A DNA stretch of 64,000 bases from Trypanosoma brucei (taxonomy: Eukaryota). The notes under the pieces were generated by a model. It had not been told where the DNA came from. It ran no database searches and saw only the letters and a list, made by a program, of their open reading frames with translations. The stretch lies in NCBI GenBank assembly GCA_000002445.1, contig CP000067.1:896001-960000 (forward strand), given 5' to 3'. A program made the position numbers and the translations under genes. Numbering within the stretch: the first letter of the stretch is position 1; every line of letters begins with the position of its first letter. Below are positions 34,042 to 44,043 of the stretch, piece after piece.

Positions 34042-35415
34042 TTACACAAACAGCAGCGCTCCATCCTCACTCTCCGGTTCGCGATATGCAACAGTTGGAA
34101 GCTGTGATTTTGAAATTGGCCGCGTCACCTCCGAAGTGAAGAGACGTGCATACGTCTTCTCGTAACGTAGGGGTGCCTGGTCCTCTGCAGGGCTGCTAAA
34201 AACAGAAACCATCAGCGGTACTGTGGGGATAAAGTGACGTTCCAGTGCTGTAAGCTCCCATAATGTGCTGTGCAGTGCGTGAGATTCTCCCAATGGAGCA
34301 TCAGGTACGAAAGGGTCGTTCCCGTCAAACAGCGTTGCTGCCAGTCGGCCCGCCTCCCTTGCTCTATCCCCAGCATCCGAATGTGCAACCTCGTGGTCAT
34401 CATTAGCTGGCACAAATGCCTCCTTCGTGGACCGGTGGATCAATGCGAGGCAGTTTTGGTGACGCTGCAGCACCTTACGGATAAAGGGGAGCACAAAGTA
34501 AAGAACAGGAGCAGGGGAAAGCGTCGCCACGCGAGCTACTTTTTTCGCGAAAGCGGCGGCAATGTACGCTGGCACACGAAGAGATGTTAAAGAAAGATCC
34601 AGCAAACGAAACAGATCGTAGCGATGCCGTGAGGCAAAGGAGTCCGGGGTGAGCAGAGTGTAAAGTTGCTGATAGTAATTAGGGTACTCCAATCCGTGGT
34701 CTAGCATAAGAATGAATATGCCGTGCAGTGCAAGCACGGCAATGAGACCGCCACTGGCAAAGCAACCGCTCAAATAATCTGCTACAACGAGAGGATTCGT
34801 CAGGTACGGCAAAATCACATCGCCCATCCGATGCAGTATGTGCACATGCAATGCCGCCTCTGCCGCATGCTGGAGGCAAGGCATCCACAACGCGGTGAAG
34901 TAGTGCCGATGGGCTCTCTCCGAGAAAACAGAAAGAACCGAAGACATCATAAGCTTTCGCCGTTCAGCGGCGTTGGAGTGGACGTACGCTTCGTCCGACT
35001 CGTAGTTTTTCTTTTCATCACGCAGGAAGTCCCACCGAAGGCATAGCTTGGACAGATCGGGCAGCGCACGGCCGTAGAAGAGAACAAAAACATTCACCGC
35101 TAGCGTTGAAACATTACACTTGTCATTGCGCATCCGTTTCTTCGTGAAGCGGGACAACAACGAGCCGGCGGTGCGATAAAGAAAAAACCAGACATCGTCA
35201 CTTCCGCCCCTAATGTTACACAGCACGTCCCGCAACTGTGATACTTGCGGGTTGCACTCATTAGGACTCACATGATCACGTACGGGTTTCAGCAGCGCAG
35301 AACAGAGACAATTTTCGACCAGGGGTCGCACGGTTGCATCAAAACAGTCACAAAGGTCGTGAAATGTCGAGCATTTGTCACAGCTCTGCAGTGCCTTCGT
35401 GAATTCTTTCTCCAT
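34042..35415 (-). CDS. NOC4: Nucleolar complex protein 4 (NOC4/UTP19)-like, CBF/Mak21 domain
   Basis: The segment HGIFILMLDHGLEYPNYYQQLYTLLTPDSFASRHRYDLFRLLDLSLTSLRVPAYIAAAFAKKVARVATLSPAPVLYFVLPFIRKVLQRHQNCLALIHR matches the conserved CBF-domain core of NOC4 homologs. The track start is GTG, so the third-codon ATG (MEKEF…) was used. Confidence 0.6.
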   Translation of the reverse strand: MEKEFTKALQSCDKCSTFHDLCDCFDATVRPLVENCLCSALLKPVRDHVSPNECNPQVSQLRDVLCNIRGGSDDVWFFLYRTAGSLLSRFTKKRMRNDKCNVSTLAVNVFVLFYGRALPDLSKLCLRWDFLRDEKKNYESDEAYVHSNAAERRKLMMSSVLSVFSERAHRHYFTALWMPCLQHAAEAALHVHILHRMGDVILPYLTNPLVVADYLSGCFASGGLIAVLALHGIFILMLDHGLEYPNYYQQLYTLLTPDSFASRHRYDLFRLLDLSLTSLRVPAYIAAAFAKKVARVATLSPAPVLYFVLPFIRKVLQRHQNCLALIHRSTKEAFVPANDDHEVAHSDAGDRAREAGRLAATLFDGNDPFVPDAPLGESHALHSTLWELTALERHFIPTVPLMVSVFSSPAEDQAPLRYEKTYARLFTSEVTRPISKSQLPTVAYREPESEDGALLFV

Positions 35416-35754
35416 TGTCACTACTATTCCCCTTGTATCCCTTCCCCGTCACCACAGCACCAAAGGTATCCCGAAGCGGCTGCTGGAAATACCACGGCGC
35501 CCTCCCTCTTTACTACGCAAAGGAAGTGTGGCAGATGCCTTTACAAAACACCTTCCCGCGTGTCGCTCGCCACTTGGCACAAACTTTTATTTGAAACAAT
35601 GGACAAAGTGTTGAAACAAAAACGACAGGTAGAAAAAGTAAGGAGCAAAGGCCAGCTGGCAAAAAGTGAGCAACTTACAGACACATAAGCAGCGCAACGC
35701 ATGCACCCAGATATATATCTATGTATTGATACAACTATCACTATAACAAGCGAC

Positions 35755-36594
35755 TCATGTCTTGTGCACATCGAGAAGCTCCGTGATAAGGCTAGGACAA
35801 TCATCTGGTGCCACAGTCCCACGGGTCAGCTGCGCCACTACAACAGTTACATCATCCTGTTTCCCGCCCATGTAGTGGTAGCCTACAGCGCGCGCCTGCT
35901 TGGCAAACGGCGAGTCAAATCCCTTGTTTGCACCGTTCCGGCACGCACAAGCCACAAGGTTTTCCGCGACCCGTTGGCATCCATCACGGTTGACAGCGTC
36001 GAGATGCCGAAGAATGTCTGACATATCAACATTGTCGAGCAATCCATCACTTGCACACAAAAATACGTCGCCCTCACTTACCTCCAGCGTTGTTCGGTCC
36101 CCAACGCTCGGCGGATCCTCGGGGAGCTGGTACGGGCAGTTGAAGCTATGCTGTTGGGGTTCTGTTGCGAAGAAAAGCTTGGAACTACGCAAACAAATCG
36201 TCCCACAGTCTCCAAGGTTCAAGACAGAGGCAAAGCGACCGTCAAGAAGGGTCACAAGAGTTACGGGGCAACCCCCGGGCTGCTTCAGCTTCTGCGCCTC
36301 CGTGTACCCGTAGGTTAAGGCCTGCAACGCCCCAATGGTCCCGCGGTTGTCATCTTCTTGGAGCGCACGAAGCGTATGTTTCATGACATTCCGCGTGTAT
36401 ACTCCCGGATCAACACCATAACTTGCGTAGCCACCCACACCATCCGCAACTCCAATTCCACTTGTGTGAACCACAAAGGCATCCTCGCCGCCTGTTTTGG
36501 CTTTTTCAGGATGCGGTGCCGCAAACACACCACGACGACCAAACCACAGCAGGGGCCTAGCTGAACAGAGAAATCGGGTCGACGGTGTAAACAT
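35755..36594 (-). CDS. PPM-type (PP2C) protein phosphatase, PTC7-like
   Basis: GGEDAFVVHTSGIGVADGVGGYASYGVDPGVYTR…, LGDCG and ASDGLLDNV are characteristic of PTC7-type PP2C. The track start is TTG, so the start was moved to the first ATG (MFTPSTRF…). Confidence 0.75.
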   Translation of the reverse strand: MFTPSTRFLCSARPLLWFGRRGVFAAPHPEKAKTGGEDAFVVHTSGIGVADGVGGYASYGVDPGVYTRNVMKHTLRALQEDDNRGTIGALQALTYGYTEAQKLKQPGGCPVTLVTLLDGRFASVLNLGDCGTICLRSSKLFFATEPQQHSFNCPYQLPEDPPSVGDRTTLEVSEGDVFLCASDGLLDNVDMSDILRHLDAVNRDGCQRVAENLVACACRNGANKGFDSPFAKQARAVGYHYMGGKQDDVTVVVAQLTRGTVAPDDCPSLITELLDVHKT

Positions 36595-36833
36595 TGCGCT
36601 CAATTTATTTTTTTGTTTTTTTTGTTTTGTAAATTACAAAGTTTGAGGGTGGAAAGGATCTCACAGTAGATGAAGTCATAGAGACCGACGATCCACGGTA
36701 GCACACGAAAGGACTGGAAAGGGGGAGGGGACAACAAGGGGAAAAACAGATCGGTGGACCCCACCCATGTACATGCGCACGTGCATATAGATAAACAACG
36801 ATAAGTGCCCCCATATGTGAAGATAGAAACAGG

Positions 36834-38153
36834 TTACCGCCTAATCATCTCCTCCTTCGTCGTGCCATCTTCGAACGTTGTCACACGCACACCGTCGGCG
36901 CGATCGAGGATGGACGTGTTGTTTGCATATTGGAACAGCATACTACCGTCAGGGTAGGCTGTTGTAGTTAACTCCCTTTTCCTAAATACTCTCGTACCAT
37001 CGGGCTTGAGAAGTGTCACATCTCCATTACGATATGAATATTGCCACGTGCCGTCAGGCAACTGCGTACATTTGGGATCAGGCTCCGCAGAAGCCTTGTT
37101 CTCGCATGGGTCCATACCCTCCGTCTGGGGCTGCTTGGCCTGCACCCCAGGCACGCGTTCGGGAGAGGAGGGTTCGCTGTTAGCAGATGGTGTTGTTGTA
37201 ACCTCAACCGTATCATGTGTCAAAAAAGTAGCCCCACTGTCTCTTAGCCCGCTCATTGCCTTCGTTACCGCTTCACGCTCCAACTTCATGCGATGAACCC
37301 GGATCTTCTCCCCCCGATCACTGGAGGCGTAGTAGGTCTCTGCTTTTTTTAACTGCTGAAGAATGAACCCCCAGTTCATCCGAGACACGGCGTCACGTGC
37401 TACCTTCTCACGAATTTCGCTCAACTTCTTGCCCACGCCCTCCGACATCGGTGCAGTCATGGCAAATGCTTCAGCCGCAGCTTTAGTATCATAAAGCGAG
37501 GCGCGCGCTGCACGACACCACGGTGGCGGCGGAGCCGCCGCTACAGATCCGCTGGATTCAGCACGAACTGCCTCCACTAGCACAGCTTCCGTTACGTTGA
37601 CCACTGCCAGTGGCCAAAGACCGAGAAGTAATGGGGAGCGTTGAGCGGGCATATTCACGACGAGGAGCGGACGTTCCCCCGCTTGCTGTGCATCGTAGAC
37701 TAACCACGTCCATCCGGCTTCTCGGCGGTTCGACGCATGTATAACGAGCTCCTCCACAAGAGCGGCCATCGATCCGAACTGCCGCTCAACAATACATCGC
37801 CATTCCGGCGGTAGCGCGCCGTCGGTCCCACACCCACACCGCTCTACAAAGTCATAGCAGAAATCCTCGCTGGCAAGAAAGTTGATTCGGTGTTTGAGGC
37901 ACGGCACACAAGGGTGTTTCAAAAAGTTATCATCGCTCGCGATCTCAGACAGCGGGATTTTGCGTTCGAGAACGGGACAATTAGACATATGTGGTTCCCT
38001 CTGCTTGGACACGTGACCAGTGGCCACAATGAGGTGCGCGGCGCATACCGAAGCCCCGGTCGGCACGGGTGGATCGAGCAGCGGCAGCAGCGCCGGCAGC
38101 AACCGATGCAACTCCCGTGCGTTGCGCAACGATGTTACAGTCCTCCGCAGCAT
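36834..38153 (-). CDS. Hypothetical 439-aa protein; C-terminus with DGT-type beta-repeats resembling the TCP10_C / G-box fold
   Basis: The C-terminal sequence LPDGTWQYSYRNGDVTLLKPDGTRVF…AYPDGSMLFQY…DRADGVRVTTFEDGT shows a spaced (P)DGT periodicity like the CPAP/SAS-4 G-box. The rest is unassigned. Confidence 0.45.
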   Translation of the reverse strand: MLRRTVTSLRNARELHRLLPALLPLLDPPVPTGASVCAAHLIVATGHVSKQREPHMSNCPVLERKIPLSEIASDDNFLKHPCVPCLKHRINFLASEDFCYDFVERCGCGTDGALPPEWRCIVERQFGSMAALVEELVIHASNRREAGWTWLVYDAQQAGERPLLVVNMPAQRSPLLLGLWPLAVVNVTEAVLVEAVRAESSGSVAAAPPPPWCRAARASLYDTKAAAEAFAMTAPMSEGVGKKLSEIREKVARDAVSRMNWGFILQQLKKAETYYASSDRGEKIRVHRMKLEREAVTKAMSGLRDSGATFLTHDTVEVTTTPSANSEPSSPERVPGVQAKQPQTEGMDPCENKASAEPDPKCTQLPDGTWQYSYRNGDVTLLKPDGTRVFRKRELTTTAYPDGSMLFQYANNTSILDRADGVRVTTFEDGTTKEEMIRR

Positions 38154-38466
38154 GGCAACAGGTGATGGGTCACCTTGTACTATTCCTCCCCCTCAAAAAG
38201 GACAAGCACCTTGGTACAGCAACGGACGAAAGGAAGAATCATTTCAGGCGAAGAAAGGGGTAAAGGTAGTGGACAGATGATTAAAAACAAAAGCGACGAT
38301 GATAAACCAAGTAACAATACAGATCAATGGAGAAATAGGAAAGGTAGGCGTACGATCGAACCGCTGGGAGGGAAAAATCCATACAAAATACATGGGACCA
38401 GACCCAGGACACTCGGTAAGAACAGTCAGTACAAACAAAATGGTACACGCACATCTCGAAAAGTGT

Positions 38467-40983
38467 TTAACCTACTTCAAAGGACCGCCATTCAGGTTTT
38501 TCCTTGTTCTTCTTCAACTTGCAGTGCAAGGCGTACGACTTACCATACATTGCAGCAGCTTTTCGAATTGACTTATCTGTTAAGTCCGCGCAATTACTAC
38601 TACGCGTGCGGGCTTTTGAAAGAAGCGCCTTCCCCACGCTATCGTCGCGTATGCTGTGCTTAACATACAACTCCAGCCATTGAATAGCATTGTCAGCGGT
38701 CATGCTGTTGGCGAGACGCAAGACACACCTTCCCACAACTCGAAAAAAAACGTTAGGGAGTTCAGGTGCTCGCCTAACCGCCTCAAGCGTGCGCATCAAC
38801 ATATTTTCGTCCATGGCTTGTAACGCAGAGGTCGCTGAACGACAAACAGCGGCAAGCGCATCCTTATCGTCCACGACATTAACAATCGCCCTAAGTGCAT
38901 CTTCTGCCTCCAGGTCGTTGGCACCAAGCGGTTGGCGTTTGCTAAGCGCCGAAGCCATTGAAAGAAGTTGCTTCCTCGCATCAGCTACAATGGATATTAT
39001 CAAAAATAGATCAAGCGTTGTCAGGTCCTCTGCTTGCGCCTGGGCCAGGACATCCGCACCAGGAAGCGCGAGAAACCCCGCGCGTCGATTTTCACTGCAA
39101 GTGGCAGCAATGAGCACAATATCCGATACGCTCCATCCTTCGAGGGATGTCAGGTTCTGTAGCAATCCGGATTGCTGGAAGTATGTCACGAACTTCAGCT
39201 TCCGTGCAGCCACGGCTATGGCAGTGAGACTCGTGCGATCGGGACCGCAGCGGCCAAGGTGTTCGAGAAGCGCACGAAACATCAAAACGTCGCGAGATTT
39301 TAGGGCGACAAGCACTTCACAAAGTTCTCGAACGTCCGCAGACGTCAGACTGGTGAGGGCCCTTGAAACGTTGGTCAGCAGAACCGTCGGTAGCGATGCG
39401 TTCCCAACATTTAAGCCCGCCAGCAACCTCAACAGACGAATGTTAGCTTCTGTTGATAGGGACCCCTCACGCTGCAGCTGCTCCAGCGTCCTACGAAGGA
39501 CCGCATAAACTCGGGCGTCGTCGAGAAGACTTCTACCTTTTGCAATCTGAAGTGCTTGCAAAACCATTTCCAGTAACTCAGCTGTTAATACACTGGTCTG
39601 GTGTGGACCACTCTTGCGACGATCGAACTTACGAACCGTCGTGAAGCGATTAACTACCTCTTTAAAAAAAGCGCTTGTGGCACTTTCACCCGTGCGCGCT
39701 CCTGCATACATCATGTAAACCGCATCCTGCTGGTTGAAGGATTGTAGTGGGTTAGCAAGATAAGATGCCTTACAAAGAGTGACGGCACGCGGTGGAAACA
39801 CCCGCAATGAACGCATGGCGCGGATGAGGTCCCTTGTGTCGGAGGGTGAAAGTGACGCTTCCGCATCCTGTATGTTTTCTTCGAACCGTCCAAGTAACTT
39901 ACCGGCCTCCTGTGGTGCTACCATTGACAAACAACGCAGCCGCCACGGTACAGCTTTGTCCACAAAATTTTTCCCTTTCGCCCCAGCCACAGCCATGGTG
40001 CATAGCGTACGATGAAGTTCAGTACGAATACGGGGAGCCGTACCAGAAAGCGTGGAAAGGCTTTCGCAGCATTTCAAAATTTCGTCTTGTGACATTCCCG
40101 GAAGAAGCTGTAGCAGTAAGTCCTCAAACATTTCACTGAGAGTTGTCTCATTAAGCACCGCCATAGAATGAAGCAACCCAACTGCGTGTGCGGCCTCAAC
40201 CTCGCCAGTCCTCCGACGACATAGAGCCTCCTGTAGCGCAACTAGCCACTCCGAGTTGGCAGTCTCCGCGGAGCGGCGCGTTGCGAGAACGTTCGCCACC
40301 TCCAACACCTGTGCGGCGCTCAGCATCTCTCGGGTGATGGAAAGGGTAACCGCACGAAGTTCGGCGAAGGTATCACCGCGCAAAAATATCCCGAGTTTGG
40401 CGCACAAGCAAACCGCACAAGGGCGGTTATCACCGCACCCTTCAATGCGTTGCGCTGTCAGTGCGGCTAGTCTGGTTGACACTGCTACAAACGAACCCGA
40501 CACAAGCTGGCGACCGCAGCGACTTTGTGGCGTGGGAAGCAGAGAGTGCCAATATGAAGCACAAAGTGTGAGGTGTTCCTCCAGCGTCATGGTACTGAGC
40601 ATAGCCACAACACTGCTTGTGAACCACCCACGCTCAAACACAACACGTGACCACAGTGGCCCAGAGCCCGGCTCCTCCTGAATCCGCTTGCCGATCGCTA
40701 AAATGTGCTGGCCACAAACCTGCGGCGCGCATTTTGAAAGAAATTCACCCACCTTCATTTCGAGGTGGCTCTCTGCGGGATACGATACGCGATGCATGAA
40801 ATAGAGCAGGTCTGTTGCATCATCCACCTCCTCAATGGACTGCTCGAATTTCAGTTCGTGCAGATACGTCCGAGCCTGTTGGAGCTCTCGCGGTTCACTC
40901 ACAGAACGTGCTATTAACGACTGAATATGCTCGGCATGTGGCCTCCACAACTTCGAAATCCATAAAGTCAGTGATCGACGCAT
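38467..40983 (-). CDS. Hypothetical about 838-aa Leu/Ala-rich helical-repeat protein
   Basis: The track ORF starts with TTG. The first ATG is M20 (MRRSLTLWISKL…), verified at about 40983. No enzymatic motifs. Confidence 0.5.
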   Translation of the reverse strand: MRRSLTLWISKLWRPHAEHIQSLIARSVSEPRELQQARTYLHELKFEQSIEEVDDATDLLYFMHRVSYPAESHLEMKVGEFLSKCAPQVCGQHILAIGKRIQEEPGSGPLWSRVVFERGWFTSSVVAMLSTMTLEEHLTLCASYWHSLLPTPQSRCGRQLVSGSFVAVSTRLAALTAQRIEGCGDNRPCAVCLCAKLGIFLRGDTFAELRAVTLSITREMLSAAQVLEVANVLATRRSAETANSEWLVALQEALCRRRTGEVEAAHAVGLLHSMAVLNETTLSEMFEDLLLQLLPGMSQDEILKCCESLSTLSGTAPRIRTELHRTLCTMAVAGAKGKNFVDKAVPWRLRCLSMVAPQEAGKLLGRFEENIQDAEASLSPSDTRDLIRAMRSLRVFPPRAVTLCKASYLANPLQSFNQQDAVYMMYAGARTGESATSAFFKEVVNRFTTVRKFDRRKSGPHQTSVLTAELLEMVLQALQIAKGRSLLDDARVYAVLRRTLEQLQREGSLSTEANIRLLRLLAGLNVGNASLPTVLLTNVSRALTSLTSADVRELCEVLVALKSRDVLMFRALLEHLGRCGPDRTSLTAIAVAARKLKFVTYFQQSGLLQNLTSLEGWSVSDIVLIAATCSENRRAGFLALPGADVLAQAQAEDLTTLDLFLIISIVADARKQLLSMASALSKRQPLGANDLEAEDALRAIVNVVDDKDALAAVCRSATSALQAMDENMLMRTLEAVRRAPELPNVFFRVVGRCVLRLANSMTADNAIQWLELYVKHSIRDDSVGKALLSKARTRSSNCADLTDKSIRKAAAMYGKSYALHCKLKKNKEKPEWRSFEVG

Positions 40984-41265
40984 CCCCCGCCGCCGATTCA
41001 AAGCAATACCTGTGGCACTACCGTCTCCGATTTCACACAAAAGAAAACTGACCTCCGTGCACAGAAGCTGCCTAAACCTCCCTCGCTGGAGATGAGAGAG
41101 TCATATCGATGAAAAGATTTGATAAAGGGAAGTAAGGATGAATGAGTGTGAGAAGCCTTGAATTAAAGAAGGGGAATAAACCGAAGCATTAAAACAACTT
41201 ATAGGACAACGCGTATGTATGTGACGATGGCAAAATCAGACAGCGGCTCTTGACACCAACTGGAC

Positions 41266-41775
41266 TCAGTCACCTTTTCCATGTTTTATGTCGACCACCA
41301 CAGCGATTGGGGGCGCTTTCCCCACCAACAGTATCCCGTTCCACTTGCTGCGTCTGGAACGAAAGAGGCCAAAGGCGGTGCATGCCCCACAAAGTGCCGT
41401 CAGTGTATCGAGGACAAGCATCACAAGGGAAACAATAAAATCGAGCATCATAACGTACGTTTGTAACCACATGTAATATACGGCACCACCTATCCCCACA
41501 AGCAAAAGAAACACAGTCAAACTTGTAGACCCCACCTCTTCAAGGAGATTTCCGCGCTTGCCGAGAGCAAGGGTGGAAATACCCAACACAAGAAGCAAGA
41601 AAACTGAAATAATCTCCATGAACAACGCCGTGGGTGGAAAGTATAGAGTCGCACCCTTAAAGATAAGTAACGATAAGGTCGTGACAAACCAGAAAACGCA
41701 CCAGCTGCACGTGCAATAGAGCAGCACTTGAAATAAAAGCGAAAGGCATGTCGGCTGCGTCCTGTTCACTCTCAT
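41266..41775 (-). CDS. Hypothetical small multi-pass membrane protein (169 aa, 4 to 5 hydrophobic segments)
   Basis: ATG verified and hydrophobicity pattern clear. No family recognised. The true start may be an internal Met. Confidence 0.35.
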   Translation of the reverse strand: MRVNRTQPTCLSLLFQVLLYCTCSWCVFWFVTTLSLLIFKGATLYFPPTALFMEIISVFLLLVLGISTLALGKRGNLLEEVGSTSLTVFLLLVGIGGAVYYMWLQTYVMMLDFIVSLVMLVLDTLTALCGACTAFGLFRSRRSKWNGILLVGKAPPIAVVVDIKHGKGD

Positions 41776-42072
41776 TCAGCTTCAAAAATAAGGAACACTC
41801 TACCACCATATGTTACGGCGAGGTGATGTTTTGGTGTGTTGTAAGCATGTTGTCACCGATGACGAAAAAAAAAGAGGGGAAGAGGTTATTGTTTACCAAA
41901 CAATTAAAAACCTTCAGTGTTAACAAGTGCATATAAAGGGAGAACCCATACTCAGGGGAAATGATCCACAAACACATTTACTCGTTCATTGCAACTTGCT
42001 CCCGTGTATCCTTCAATGGGGGAAAGGGGGTTTTAGTTAGTTAATAGGTGCGAGGCGCAAAGAAAACTGCTA

Positions 42073-42762
42073 CTATTCCTCATCAATAGAGTCATCATCC
42101 TCATCGTCACACCCTGGCCCTTTGGCGGAACGCCGGAGAATTGTCCGCCGTTCGCGCTCCCTCAAACGGCCTAGGCGTTCTCGCTCTTGTTGCCGGACAT
42201 TAGCTTGCTTCGAGGCCTTTAGCTGACGGATGTCTAATCCTCTCAACGGTTTCAAATCCTCGTCACTATCTTCCCGGTCAACAAACAAGAAGTTGCTACA
42301 CGAGCTGCGCTTCACCGGCATTGCACCTGTTCCCCCTCCTTGCCTCGGGACCGAAGCGTCTCCATGAGGATCCCCTTCACTATCACAATCCTCCGTGTCT
42401 TCACCACTACTCTCCATTGTTGTCGCCTCGTAAGGCGTACCCGGAGGCTTTTGACACTTCGCACAGCACCGCAGAGTTGCTGCACAGGTCTGGCATATAT
42501 GATGATATGCATGGGAAATTGAATTCTCGCCGCAGTGATTGCACTTTTTACGACGCTGTAGTTGAGCGTACTTACCGTAGTCAACCTTCCATTGCAGTAT
42601 ATCACAGCAGCGGCGACAGCACAAACTTGTCATGCGTGCCAAAACGCTGGCAGGTACCTTTTCATCGTCTAACTTGTAACGGTAAGGGTCAAACTTCACC
42701 TTATTCATGTGCACCTGATGTGAGCCGCGGGTACCATTCTTCGTGACTCGCCTACTAGGCAT
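42073..42762 (-). CDS. Conserved zinc-ribbon protein, C9orf85-like
   Basis: KFDPYRYK…CCRRCCDILQWKVDYGKYAQLQRRKKCNHCGENSISHAYHHICQTCAATLRCCAKCQK matches the C9orf85 family pattern (KKC-x2-C…AYH-x2-C-x2-C…CAKC). The start was moved to the internal ATG (MPSRRVTK…). The 61-aa upstream extension is the track's alternative start. Confidence 0.6.
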   Translation of the reverse strand: MPSRRVTKNGTRGSHQVHMNKVKFDPYRYKLDDEKVPASVLARMTSLCCRRCCDILQWKVDYGKYAQLQRRKKCNHCGENSISHAYHHICQTCAATLRCCAKCQKPPGTPYEATTMESSGEDTEDCDSEGDPHGDASVPRQGGGTGAMPVKRSSCSNFLFVDREDSDEDLKPLRGLDIRQLKASKQANVRQQERERLGRLRERERRTILRRSAKGPGCDDEDDDSIDEE

Positions 42763-42988
42763 TGTTTCTGGGATGTAGTGACAGTGACAACAAAACTGGG
42801 CAGAAAGATGGTGTACGGTCGTGCAAAGTAATTGGTTAAGTTCAAGCGGTCCTCGCCACAGGGAGAATAAAGGAACTGCAAACGGATTCTTAACAGGCAT
42901 AAACACAAGAAAGGAGAAGGAAGAGGGCAAGTACATGCAAGTCACCTTAGCAACGCTAGCACTGTATAATGCACGTTGCTCCCATATG

Positions 42989-43501
42989 CTAAGTGAGACA
43001 CTTGCCTCCCATGGACGTGGGGTTGTCTAAGTAAAGTGAAAGCTGAGAAAGAGTGCTGCAACTAGCAAGCTCCCCCCATTCCCATAGCACAACGTCAGAA
43101 TCGCCACCGGCCGGCCGACGCAGCACAAATCCGGCAACTACGCCAAAACTGCAAGGATCTCCAGCACATTGCTCAATTACGGTCCATGGTCCTAGTGAAG
43201 TGATGGGAAAATGCGAGGGTGCTTCTGCCCCATTTGTCGTCAAATACTCATCGTGTGTATTACCAGCGCCTCGTGCCCAAGACACAACAGAGAAGAGGAG
43301 GTCCTGCTCATCGTATTCTTTTCCGGATTGCGGCCCGTCACTCTCCATAGCTCCAACAACGTCACTTTTTAGGAATAGTACGCAGCCACAAGAGGCTGTC
43401 ATGCCATCCGTCTCATTCATAATAGGTTTCTGCGTCGACTCATCAGTCACCAAGTCAGCCACAGTGCACCCCTTTGTGTAAACCCAACGTCCTGTAAACA
43501 T
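42989..43501 (-). CDS. Hypothetical 170-aa protein
   Basis: ATG verified and cluster orientation. No motif recognised. Confidence 0.35.
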   Translation of the reverse strand: MFTGRWVYTKGCTVADLVTDESTQKPIMNETDGMTASCGCVLFLKSDVVGAMESDGPQSGKEYDEQDLLFSVVSWARGAGNTHDEYLTTNGAEAPSHFPITSLGPWTVIEQCAGDPCSFGVVAGFVLRRPAGGDSDVVLWEWGELASCSTLSQLSLYLDNPTSMGGKCLT

Positions 43502-44043
43502 GCTTGCAAACCTTCAACCACAAACACATATAAGCCTAAGTGTTTACGTGTAAGGCAAATAATAAGAAAAACGTGCTAGCTGTCCTCCCATTAAACGCAA
43601 ACAGAAGAGAAATACCAGAAGACTATTCGTGACCACAGTAAACATAAACAGATCGTGAACCCTAATTTTTTTTCTGAGTCCCCGGTAGCACCGATCTCAA
43701 CGACTGGGGTCAAAAGCTTCCACAAAAAAATGCACCGAAGAACAAAATGCATAGTGCAAAAAATGAATTTTCTAAGGATGCCAATACATGGTAGAGATTA
43801 AAACCTATACACCAGCTCTATTCAGGTGCTATTCAGGAGGAGTACCCTCTTAGCATAACCCACAAAATTTGTCAACCTGAGGTAAAAAACATATGACAAC
43901 AACAGCTCGAAACAATAAATACATCTTCAAAGGTACATCTTCGACACCAACACGACACTTTTATAACCTAAGAACGAGTAGCACTGTAAACCTTTGGTGG
44001 CATCCCACGTGCAAGAGAAAAAAACAAAAACCTTGAAGGTTGT

